Positions 37,734 to 49,029 of a stretch of DNA of 64,000 nucleotides are shown here, piece after piece. Position numbers and translations under genes: made by a program. Each line of letters begins with the position of its first letter. The stretch's first letter is position 1. The stretch is from NCBI GenBank assembly GCA_000182565.2, contig KQ257464.1. One strand, 5' to 3'. The notes beneath the pieces were generated by a model that did not search any database, was not told where the DNA came from, and saw only the letters and a program-made list of their open reading frames with translations. Source of the DNA: Spizellomyces punctatus DAOM BR117 (taxonomy: Eukaryota).

Positions 37734-38406
37734 TCACGCGGCAGGAGCCGCGTCACCCAATAACGATTGCGTCCTCAAAGTGCCCATCTCCCGATGAAGA
37801 CGCAAAGAGGCCGCAACTTGGGTAACTACCCGAGCATGACCTCGACGCCGGGATTTGAGACGCCTGCGGTTCTTAAATATTGGATGTGAGGTTGAAATTT
37901 TGCAAGACAGCAATATAATAGGTAAGTCATAGACTTGGTTCTGTGCTTACCTTCTGGTGGACCTCCGCAAGCTCGGCAATCACCGTGTCTTTCCTCTGTA
38001 TCAACTCAAAGAGGCTATTTTCCAGCTCCCTCGTCCTATTTCGCAGCTCGATCATCCTTGTGAGCATAGCGTCCGCATTCCCGCCTCGTTCCACTACCCT
38101 ATCCCATTCAACCTGAACCGCCAGCAACCCTTGATCTGTCTGTTGCTCCTCTTTGCGTATCTCAGCCAGCTCTTTTTCCAACTTTGCCACGTCTATCTTA
38201 TGTCGCAGCTCATCCTTCCTATTTTGTAGCTCCATCATCCTTGTAATCAAAGCGTTCCCATTCCCACCCCGCCCCACTACCCCATTCCACTCAACTCGAG
38301 TCGCCCTCAACTCCTCCGCCGTCCGCTCCTCCTCGCTCTGTAACTCGGCAAGCTGCTCGCCCAAGTCTTTGCGCTGTTGCAGTGCAAGCATTCTATCCTC
38401 CACCAT
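37734..38406 (-). CDS. Coiled-coil family copy 4 (internal duplication)
   Basis: Two VEW..VV.RGGN..A..TRM.EL.NR units; same intron; exon 2 LHREMGTLRT..GDAAPAA*. Confidence 0.55.
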
Positions 38407-38789
38407 GGAGGGTAGTTTGCAGAAAAGACGCGGGCCTTGAATGTAGAATTATTGTTAGCAATTGACCTTTTGTTTTTGATCTCCCGAACCTAGAATTCAC
38501 CTCTAGGCCTGGATATAGTAATTGATCCTTTCTCGATCACGCAAAGGTGGCACGGTCACGTACCAAATGCACATCTGTAAACATCATTTTTGGGTCAACA
38601 AAATAGACAGAGGATGACAATTGGTGTTTCTTTATAGTAATAGCCTCATTTGGTTGAGTTCTGCATGTCTATTTCGATGGAATAAGTCAACAGCCCCGTA
38701 ATCTATAACAGACGTTGCTCCAGATCTACCGTGACTAAAATGACGGTCTTTAGCAAAGCTGCTGCAAACTACCCTCCATAGAGGATAGA

Positions 38790-38978
38790 ATGCGTGCGCT
38801 GCAGCAGCGCAGAGATTTGAAAGAGGACTTGGCCAAGTTACATAGAGAGCAGGCGGTATTGGACTGGCAGATTGAGGACGGGAGCCATGGACGAGATCCA
38901 ACGAAACAAGCAATGAAAGTGTATTTACAAGATGCAAAAAGAAAGACAAACCTACCCGTCATGTCGTTATTCACGTGA
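38790..38978 (+). pseudogene. Coiled-coil family copy 5, 5' fragment head-to-head with copy 4
   Basis: MRALQQRRDLKEDLAKL resembles MLALQQRKDLGEQLAEL; shares the upstream CAAACTACCCTCCAT in inverted orientation. Confidence 0.45.
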
Positions 38979-39408
38979 TATCTCCCAAATCTCTCACGTG
39001 AGATCGACAAGGGCGACCATGGAACACTCCCGATGGCTACCGTGGCTAACTCACACATCTTGAACGATTGCCTACTGTACATATCGACTATTTACAGCTG
39101 CAACTCGTTAAGCCAACGATAGAGAATCACATTAACATACTATTGCTTTTTTATTCTGACCTTTTGTTAGGCCGTACTCTGCAGCCTTAACTGCCAAGTC
39201 ACTATGAATAAAAACAAACATGCTTCCCTTTTTTCCCTTTTGCGTTTGAACGGGTGGTACGTGACTGTACCATCACACTCTTACCAGGGTCGGAAAGAAC
39301 TGGACTATTTATAAAAATGTGGGGATGAAGGAGGATCCTCCAATGCTAAAGCTAGAGATATAGTATTTACTTTACACATGCGGAGGGGAGAGTAAGTTGG
39401 AAGTCAGC

Positions 39409-39644
39409 ATGGCGGCCAATAGGATTTCCGCGGCAGAGAAGCTCAAGCGCGGATTGGCCAAGGTGGCAGAGTTGGATAAAGAGAGGGCATTACCCAAACT
39501 GTGACTTCGTTGCGTCTCAATCGGGAGATGGGGGCTCTGAGGACGCCATTGTCGTCTTTGGGTGACGCGGCTCCTGCCGCGGATGGTGCTCACCAGAACC
39601 TGGACATCAAACCTAGCGTTGAAGACTTTTCTGAACAATCATAG
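39409..39644 (+). pseudogene. Coiled-coil family copy 6, internally deleted
   Basis: Short exon-1 remnant fused out of frame to exon 2 (CGGGAGATGGGGGCTCTGAGGACGCC...GACGCGGCTCCTGCC). Confidence 0.5.
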
Positions 39645-39816
39645 ATTCATCCAAGCCATTCAGACGCCAACATGATTAGCAACTCGGATCTTCTTTTGTT
39701 AACCAGGATAATATTGCATTTGTTTGTCAAAAGCCGTACTTCGATCCATATGCAGTGTGAGAGCAACGCACATGTTCAATGATCCGTCTCCCGAATAAAA
39801 CTAGAGACACAGATGG

Positions 39817-40060
39817 CCACCTCGGAAGCCAACGACCACCCATTACCCCATCTCATCATAACGTTCTGGCTGTTTCTAGGCCACATAATCATCCCGGACT
39901 CATGTGGCGACGTACTACGATCGCCAGCCCTGTATGACTAAACACAAATCCCCACCTCGCCAGCCAACGCCCCCTATTACCCACTCATCAAAACATCTTT
40001 GGTCTGGCCTGTGCCTAGGCGATACATTCATCCCAGACTCAAGTGGCAACGTACTATGAA
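39817..40060. repeat. Degenerate ~105-bp direct repeat (39817-39920 and 39952-40060)
   Basis: CCACCTCG..AGCCAACG...ATTACCC...CTAGGC...TCATCCC.GACTCA.GTGGC.ACGTACTA occurs twice. Confidence 0.7.
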
Positions 40061-40660
40061 TAAACATAATTGAATCCTGCATTCTTGTACTACACTATGA
40101 ATAAGCAAATTGACCAAAACCACGGGTATTCTTGTAACAGATTTCATTTGCTACGTGACTGTGCCATCCATTTGTTTGCATGATCGAGAAAAGAACACTT
40201 ACTATATCAAAGCCCAGCGTCTTTGCTCTAATCCTGCTTTTCGCTAAAAAGCTGTTGGACTAGTTATTTTTGGCTCGAGCATTCAAGGTATGTACAAAGA
40301 GTAAAAGATATGGTGGGAATAACTTAAAAGGAGGGCAATGGGGGGGTCCCCCGAAGAGAGGTAACTAGTTTTGACAAGATGGATATTCCACTCACTCTTG
40401 AGCAAAGATGCAACTGAAAGGGCCATCAAGGAGCGCAAAAAGCGCACGAAGCGCGCAACACGAACGAGGTTCATTATTTTTTGAATGTATTTCACTGAAG
40501 TTTTACTGATCAAAAATTCATCTATTAGAGACATCGCCTCGAGGTTTGGCCATGGTGTTTGGACTGTTACACTATGAACTTCAACTTATAGTCACTTTTG
40601 CAATTAAGGTCCGACGTGATCAACGTCTTTTCCGGGCTTCTTCCCGTGAAGATTGCCGGG

Positions 40661-41292
40661 ATGGTGGCCGAAGAGCGGCCCCCAACGGCGGGGGCCAAGA
40701 TGCGTGCCTTGGGGGAGAGGGATAAGTTGCACGAGGACCTGGCTGCGTTGGTGAGAGAGCAGGAAGAGATGGAGGTGGAGATCCGGGCGGTGGAGAAGGA
40801 GGAGGACGAAACCAAGCAGAAGCTCGTTGCGGTGATGGCTGAGATGGGGGTGTTTGCAAAGCCGGGGCGAGAGGGGGAGGAATGGAAGGTGCTGTATGAC
40901 CGGATGAGAGAGTTGTGGGGGGTGCAGAGCGAGGTGGAGGCCAGGAAGAAAGAGCTGCAACGGAGGAGAAAGGTGGTGGAGGACAAGCTTACCGAGGTCT
41001 ATCAGCAGGTAAGCACAGAACCAAGTTTATGACCTACCTATTATACTGCTTTCTTGCAAACGTTCACCTCATGTCAAAAATATTCAAGATTCGCAAACGT
41101 CTTAGATCTCAGATTCGAGCTCAGGCTCGGATAGCGACCCGAGCCGTGACCTCTCTGCGTCTCCATCGGGAGATGGGAGCTCTGAGGACCTGCCCTTCCC
41201 CTGTGAGGGATGAGGCGGCTCTTGCCGCTGAGGGTGTTCTCGCACCATGCAAGTCCCCTGGGGAGACAGCAGGGGACGGATCCAGCAGTTGA
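40661..41292 (+). CDS. Coiled-coil family copy 7 (two exons)
   Basis: MRALGERDKLHEDL...VEDKL, GTAAGCAC donor at ~41009, exon 2 LHREMGALRT..DEAALAAEG. Confidence 0.6.
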
Positions 41293-41617
41293 GCCCAACG
41301 ATCAACACAGCTATCGGGAGGAGATGGATCCAGCGGTTGAGCCCAACGGTCAACACAGCTATCGGGAGGAGATGGATCCAGCGGTTGAGTCCAACGATCA
41401 CCACAGCTCTTGTTCTTTTGGCACGGGGAGACAGTAGAGAACGGATCCAGCAGTTGAGCCCAGCGATCACCACAGCTCTTGTTCTTTTTGCACGGGGAGA
41501 CAGTAGAGAACGGATCCAGCAGTTGAGCCCAGCGATCACCACAGCTCTTGTTTCTTTTGGCACGGGGAGACAGTAGGGATTGGATCCAGCAGTTGAGCCC
41601 AATGATCAACACAGCTA
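41262..41617. repeat. Compound minisatellite with six cores
   Basis: GGATCCAGC(A/G)GTTGAG(C/T)CCA at 41278, 41326, 41374, 41443, 41512 and 41582 (periods 48, 48, 69, 69, 70). Confidence 0.9.
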
Positions 41618-41694
41618 CCGGCAGACGACGAACCACCACCACAGATTTCGTACGTTTGGCACGGCTCAGTTTCCGTACTCCTTTGATCCAACCC

Positions 41695-41810
41695 GAACCC
41701 CTTGTCGTGCTCGCGATGACCCATTGTCATGACTTAACTCGAATCCTTTGTCATGCGCGATGACCCAATTGTCGTGACCCAGCTCAATCCCCTTGTCGTG
41801 CATGATGACG
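41695..41810. repeat. ~45-bp degenerate tandem repeat, ~2.5 copies
   Basis: CC(C/T)TTGTC(G/A)TGC...GATGAC units. Confidence 0.6.
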
Positions 41811-42436
41811 TATTGGCGCAACGAGGAACGAAGCCCAAGACAAAAGCACATCTCTGATACCTGAAAGTGTTCGAAACCAGAATGAGATAAGGACCAACCG
41901 TTGGAATAGCTACCTTTGCACATTTTTTGTAAAGATCGATGTACCATAGTCGAGATAGGATGAAGAAGGGCATATGGATCTGTAGTCAAGGGGAATCCGA
42001 CAATACTGGATTGGGGCTCTATTAGGTACTTACGCGCAAGCTTAGATACTGGAAAGCAACAAAATAGGCTTAGGATTAGCGTTAGATAGGTGTCCATGGC
42101 GGGTATTGTTGCGAATCATTCAGCCAGTAATCCGGTTATGAGATCGGCCTGGTTGACTACAATCATATTGTGTTTGGATGCTACAATTGAAAACGAGGAC
42201 GAGTGCGTTGAACGATGGTGTTCGTCCCTACAAAGAAACAGTTAACAATCGTCCGACGGGGTTCCCATTGCATAATCCAATTAATCACGTGGTTGATCAT
42301 CACATGACAAGTCCTTTGCCCTCCATTCAACAACGGATTCAACAACGACAAGGAAGCTTTGGAACACCCTCTGCTGCTACTGCTGGGTTGTTGCTGCAGG
42401 ACAGTTTCCAACTTTAGGGTTGGCCCACGTCGCAAG

Positions 42437-44982
42437 ATGCAAGACCCAGAAGCACTGGGCCGAATAGCCGACGAAGCACTCGCAAACCTTACCGGTGGTG
42501 ACACGCCCTCGGACGATAGACGGCCACCCTTTCCTCCCCAACGCTATTATGTCCCCAGTCCAGGCACACTGTATCCTGTAAGTGTTCTTCATTGCGCTCA
42601 TATGCACACGTACATATGCACACATATACTTATAATGGTTTATCGGCGTTCTTTTTTTTTCTGCTCGCGTGTTCCAGTCTCCCCATCCACCGCATCCCAT
42701 GGTCATCATGCCCATTTACAATGCCCCGCCTTACCCGCCCGTTTATCCCTACGCCCGGCGCCCATCCTTTGGGCAAGAAGGTTACCCGATACCCTATGGT
42801 GGATATCCCATGGTATATGCACCGCAAATGTACAGAGAGCGCCCCCAAAAGCAGGTCGACCAGGAGGAACGAGTCGACGTGAAAAGGAGGAGCATCAGTA
42901 CGCGAAGGGGGAGTGTTCCTGGAAGGAAACAGAGTAAACAAGAGCAGAGGGTTGTCAGTACAATGGATTTGGAGGAGCGGGATGCAGAAGGTGAAGAAGA
43001 CGAGGAAGAGCAAGAGGAAAAGAGAAGAGAGAGCGTGGTGAAACCGTTCGTACGGCCAGTGGTGCAACATGTGGCTCAACAAGTGGTTCAACCGGTGGGC
43101 TTGGAGCATTCGCGCGGCCTCGTATATGGCGTACCACCTCCATCCCAAAATACCGCAATTGAAAGTCTTACCAAAAAGCGAGCAAAACCACGCGACATGA
43201 CGCGCGACAAGATCAGCATCGCCGTCAAGCCAAATGGACCGCGTGAGGAGGGATCGCGTAAAGAGTCCAATCTATCTAGAAGGAAGTCGGATGGACCACA
43301 CGCTCAAATGAACGGAGCCGAAAAGCCAAAAGCACCAGTTGCCACGCATGATCACGACGTCGAAAAGGCGACTCTCGCCTCGACACTGCAACGCGGCCAG
43401 GGATCATGCGACGAACCTGACGTATCTGAAACGCTAAATGTGCCGCACCGAGAAACGATTGGCTCTGAACAATCTGCACGCCCTGCTGAAGGGACACCCG
43501 TCTCTGAAACGCCCGCCTACGAGGACATTCGCGACGCTTCAAAGCTCACTACATCGCCGCCACCAGCACCACCACCACCGCCGCTAGTAGAGCAAGAGGA
43601 AGAACAAGAAGAAGAACTGGGAGAAGAAGAGAGCACTCGACCCAAATCAGACGACGAAAGCTACATTGACATTACAGGCACGTCCACACCCGTCCCCGCC
43701 GAATCTGACGCCGATGGAGAGGCAGACATGAACTTGGCTGAACAGTTGGTGCACATTACTGACAAGAACATACTCAAAAACCGGAAAAAGGGCACTGGCA
43801 TGGGAAAGAAAAAAGGGGGAGTCAGTACCACACGAAAGCGAAAGGCTGTTGATGGGATCGATACTGGCAAAAAGGTAAGACCATCACGACTCGTCTTTCC
43901 TACCGCTATGCATACAGACGAGCTCACAAAATGTGCATTTCTATTAGAAGGTCAAGAACCGTAAAGAAGGCATCTCTGATCCACTGACCTACGACCTCTA
44001 CCACAGTCTCACCATGGGCCGAAAACGCAAGCGTATCGACTATGCAGCAATGTCTAGGGGCCAACCTTCAAAGTCCGACGACAATGACTCGCTTATTTCC
44101 CCTAGTCTCTCAGCAACACCTTCTGAACCCGACGAGACACATCCCACCCGACCCAGCGACCCCACCAAGCTCTACTGCATTTGTCGACAACCGTTAACCG
44201 ACGCGAATGACTCGCAATTCTTTATTGGATGTGACGGATGCGATGAATGGTTCCACGGAGACTGCGTTGGTATATCCGAAGAAGATGCAAAAGGGATTGC
44301 CAAATGGGTGTGTCCCGTCTGTCAAAAAGACCGTGGATTACAAACTGTTTGGAAAGAACGGTGCAAAGCTTGTTGTAACTATATCGAGACGGACAGTGCA
44401 CGCCACGGCTATTGTTCTGACACATGCGGCATGTCCACTGCCCGTGCCCTCCTCGAATCCCTCCACGTCGTCCTCAAACCCCTTCCCAAACGAAATCCCC
44501 ATAACGACGAAATCACCCGCACTGCTATCCTCACCGCAGACCAAGTAGACCAGTCCCACCTCCTCCACCTCCGCACCCGACGCCGCACACTCATCTCCCT
44601 CCTCCGCCGGCTCGAAACCCGCCGCACCCGCATACGAGACGCAATTATTAAATGCCTGGAATTGAATACCGATGCAGGCGTGTCAGACCCATCTGGCCGG
44701 ATATGCGGGTTCGATTCACGGATTGTCACTGTGTGGGTCGTTGACCACGGCATATCCACCACTATTGATAATGACGACCCGATGGAAACCCCTACCGAAG
44801 CATCCTTGTGCAAAATCACAGGAAAATGCCCACACCATGAACATTGGGAACGGATAAAGTACGCTGAAGTTGAACTTGAGGTCCGGCAGGTTTTGGCGGC
44901 TGTTGAGGATGCTGCCAAAGAGCGGAATATGGTGCTGGCGAGTTTGAGGAGGAGAAGACAAATATGTGGACGGCCAGCGTGA
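42437..44982 (+). CDS. COMPASS PHD-finger subunit, Spp1/CFP1-like
   Basis: PHD finger LYCICRQ...FIGCDGCDEWFHGDCVGI...WVCPVC, then YCSDTCGM and ICGFDSR...KCPHHEHW. Confidence 0.8.
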
Positions 44983-45256
44983 TTTCTTTTGGGTTTTGGA
45001 TTACTCGTTCATTTTTTCGTTTTGTATATATCTATTAGGTGATGGTATGGTATTGTATAAATTGCCTGTTTTTTTTTGCGAATAATGTGTTGGTTTTGAT
45101 TTTTGCCGTATTTAACTGTGAATGACTTTAAATGTTAATCCAAGACCACACTGGGGACACCATTTGGCATATCAATCCCAATGCGGTAAATGAATTACCC
45201 AGCCACCATACCCTTCGTTTGCACACCAACCATCTACTTTACTCATCTCACACGCC

Positions 45257-46309
45257 ATGCCTCAACATTCCACAAACCAAAAGGTCGTATTCATTACCGG
45301 AGCGTCATCTGGTATCGGTCGATCCCTAGCATTCGCATACGCATCCCACTATGCAAAGCAAGGTCTTGTTCTCGGACTCATATCCCGACGTGAAACCATC
45401 CTATCCGACATGAAATCCCAGATTGAAAAGGTATGCACCACTACTCCATGTTTATTCCCCCCAAAAAACATTGAACGCATTTTTTAAAAGGAATACAAAT
45501 CCATTCGAGTCGAAATCAGCGCCTGCGATATCACATCCCCTTCTACACCCACTCTTCTCGAAACTCTCACATCCCGCACAGGTATTCCCACCATAATGGT
45601 CCTCAACGCCGGAATCGGACACCAAGGCAAACAAATTGGACAAGGCGATATATCAGATGATGCAGCTGTCATTGAAACGAATTTGGTTGGGGCTATGAGA
45701 GTTTGTCATTGGGTTGTTGGGGTTTGGGAACGTGTTGGGTGTGTGGGGCATGTAGTCGGTGTTAGGTATGTTTTTGTTTGTTGTTTTTTTGTAAAGGTTG
45801 GTGTGCTTTTGGGTATTGATTTTGGTGATTAGTTCGGTAGCGGCTTGGAGAGGGTTGCCCACTAGTGCCGCTTACAGTGCTTCTAAAGCGGGATTGGACG
45901 TATACTTGGATGCATTGAGAGGTATGTTTCTGTCCTTTTTTGACTTTTTGAGAGAACGCTGTTGATGGTGATATGGACCATAGTGGAAAAGTATGGGAAA
46001 ATCAAGGTGACGGTGTTGCATCCAGGATATATTGATACGCCCATTAACGACATGATGGAGCATCGACCATATTGTATGTATCCTGAAATCCTACTCGTTT
46101 GCACGCACATGTTTTGACTCTTGCTTATTTTGGATTCTTTTTGGATAGTAATATCAGCGGATAAAGCTGCTCAGCTGGTTTTGAGTCGGATTGAGAGAGG
46201 TGTACGGCAGGCGTTTATACCATGGTGGCCTTGGACGGTGGTTGCGAGGTTGCTTGCAATGTTGCCGACGTGGGTGTTGGCCTTGGCGGCGAGAAAGTTT
46301 ACAAAGTAG
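45257..46309 (+). CDS. Short-chain dehydrogenase/reductase
   Basis: ITGASSGIG, LNAGIG, YSASK, HPGYIDT across five exons. Confidence 0.9.
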
Positions 46310-46517
46310 AAAAGAGTTGACCGGTTACCGGTGTCGTCCGATTTGAAAAAACTGGTGCAAATTGTTGGAAATGATTGCTGAGATGTTTACTACAAATGAG
46401 GGGTATATCTATTATTTTTTTGTTTGTTTTCTTTAGCATGACTGCTCAACAGTATGCTGTACACAGAGTACAAAATCAAAGAAAAACACATACACACACA
46501 CAAAGTAACTTTTGCCA

Positions 46518-48418
46518 TCAATACACAAACATCTGAGTTTGCCAAGGTTTCAAAACCACCCACAACCCCTTATTCCTCAATTCCTCCCGATCCCTTTGAT
46601 AAGTCACCCCACTCAACGCCTCGAGAACCTCCACCCCACCACTCCCCGTCACTTCAGGCAACTTTATCCGTCCATCCCCATAAGTATCCGACAAGTTCAC
46701 GACCACAAGCCTCCGATCCGAGTACGTCCATTTCCATGCGACGAGACGCCAACCTGTGTTGGACTGTTCCGGAACAACAGTCTCGAGCGTCCATGTTCCG
46801 TGTGTCATGGTCGGGTGGGCGAGCAGAGGGACGAGTGTATTGTACAGGGATTGAGTGGGTGCGTGGATCGGTTCTGGGTAGGATCGGCGAAGTTGGACGA
46901 GAAGACGGTTTCGTTTGCCTTCCCACTAATCCCCAACCCAAAAAACATGTTTAGTATTCGAAGTTCGTTTTTTTGTGACTAGGAGTTTTAACATTTACCT
47001 GACCAAACCACATCAACCTCGGCCCCGGCAACGTTAAACTCGCAACCGCACCCGCCATAGCCTGTTCGTACCCCCCAAAATGCACAGGCGCCCTAACTTC
47101 ATCATGGTTCTCCACAAAATGCACATGACGCACCATCTTCATCCCATCTGCTCCCAACGTGCTCCTCAAATTATCCAAATGCGGATTCACGAGGCGATCG
47201 TACAAGGCTTTCGCATACGTTGCGTCAAACCCCATTGTTTGCAGCTGAACATCCAGCGGCGGATTAAAGTTTGGCCAATCGTAAACTTCGGCCATGAGGT
47301 AAAAGGACGGGTACGCCGATCGGAGTCGTTGGATTGCTTCCAACCAAAACTCGGTTTGGGGAGCTGTGTACCCATTCGCTCGGTGTATCGGACCCCATAC
47401 CTACATACCCCATCAATCTCATTCCTTCCCTTTCTTGTTCTACACATGTTGATAACGTACCTGCTCGATCACACTATTCACAGACAACATGGCCATATCC
47501 ACTCGTAAACCATCACATAACGACGCAGCCTTTAACAATGCGTTCATCATCGCGGTCCGGAGTCGGGGGTTCCAGTAGTTGAGTTGAAGTGTATCGATCC
47601 ATGCGCCAGAGTAAAGATCCTAGAGTAAACAGTTTTGTTATTGCGTATAGAGCATATGGCGGGCATGTAAGATCTGTATGCTTACCCGTCCATAAGCACG
47701 TCCTTGACTATCAAACTCGATGCCACGCCCGATACTTGTGTCGGATGGTTTACGCACGAAATAGTCTTGGGTATCGGGTTGTGTCGCCCACACTGAATCC
47801 ACTGCTACATGCTAACCAAAACAACCAAAAATTATTAAACCTTGTTCTAAAAACAAATCAGCAAGTTGGATGGAAACTTACGTTGGGCACAAAATCCAAC
47901 ATCAACTTGATGCCCCGTTGCTTCAACCGCTTCCTAAACTCCTTTAGAGCCTCATCACCGCCCAACTCTGGATTCACCGTATCTAACCACCAAAAGCCAA
48001 AATCAATACCCCATCACCAACATAACCCAACAATGTAATCCTCACATTCAAAAACAGCATAAGGCGACCCAATCACATCCTCCATCCGAAAATCCACCAA
48101 CGCCTCCCGATAACTCTTGAGTCGTCCCGATTCAACTTTATCCACCTGCTCAAGTCCATATGTACCCAATCGCCAAACGCCCTGTAACCAAACCATATGT
48201 ACACCACGGGATGCGAGTGTGTCGAGCGCGGTATCGGGGACAGAGGACAGGGGTTGCGGTTGGGAAGATAAGCTGTAGAGGTACGGACGGGCAGGGATTT
48301 CATAGATGGTGAACCCCGAAGGAAAATCTGAACTTGAACTGGTGGTCATGGTGGAATTTAAAAGTGGCAGGCCCACTATACTGTGGAGAAAGCATAGAAA
48401 GAGTATAAAGGTAAACAT
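46518..48418 (-). CDS. Secreted GH13 alpha-amylase-family glycosidase
   Basis: Signal peptide; GSPYAV, LDFVPN, CDGLRVDMAML (nucleophile), MAEVY (acid/base), FVENHDE. Confidence 0.85.
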
Positions 48419-48867
48419 GGTTGATGAGGTTCGTATCTCAAGTGAACCCCGATTACAAAAGGGATTCGTTATGATGGGGGAGAGCCTACCCAGTTCTACC
48501 TACTTTATAAAACCAAGTTACTTGCAACACTGAAAAATTACAAGGTTTTTTTCTTTGATTTTGTTTGTTTGGCGGTTCACAAATGATCTATAGCTCACTA
48601 AAAACTAGCGTACTATACCCTTTACGCGTTTCCTCCAATTTTGTTCTTCTTCTGCTGGATTGGTGCTAGAATTCGGCTTTTGCAAAAAAGATGGGGGATT
48701 TTTGTATCATCAAAGAATGCCGTCGTTGTTCAACGAAAACGTGACAAGCACACTCTGGTGTGCAGTCCACCACGCCAAAGTTATCTGCCAAGATTTCTGC
48801 ACACCCAATACTGCGCGTACAAGGGCGGATCTTTGTTGGAACGTCACCGCGCGTGTGTGTATGCATA

Positions 48868-48898
48868 GTGCGGAGCCGATGGGTATTGGCACTAGTAC
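48868..48898 (+). repeat. Left terminal inverted repeat (~31 bp), preceded by TAM CATA (48864-48867)
   Basis: Its reverse complement GTACTAGTGCCAATACCCATCGGCTCCGCAC matches the visible part of the right end. Confidence 0.85.
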
Positions 48899-48972
48899 AA
48901 AGATTCCAACCATTTTAATCATAATTTTACTCGATTTAGACTCATGAACTATGGTTTGATCCAAAAAAATCC

Positions 48973-48979
48973 TATATAA
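48973..48979 (+). promoter_or_regulatory. TATA-like box upstream of Fanzor
   Basis: TATATAA ~50 bp before atcatcATG. Confidence 0.45.
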
Positions 48980-49029
48980 GTTGTCGTGCCCATTTTCCCA
49001 GGCTTTCATCTTTTTCCACAGATATCATC

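Noticed and set aside
41262-41617. Repeat-spacer appearance resembling a CRISPR array
   Set aside because: The linkers are copies of each other rather than unique spacers, the context is eukaryotic, and there are no cas genes.
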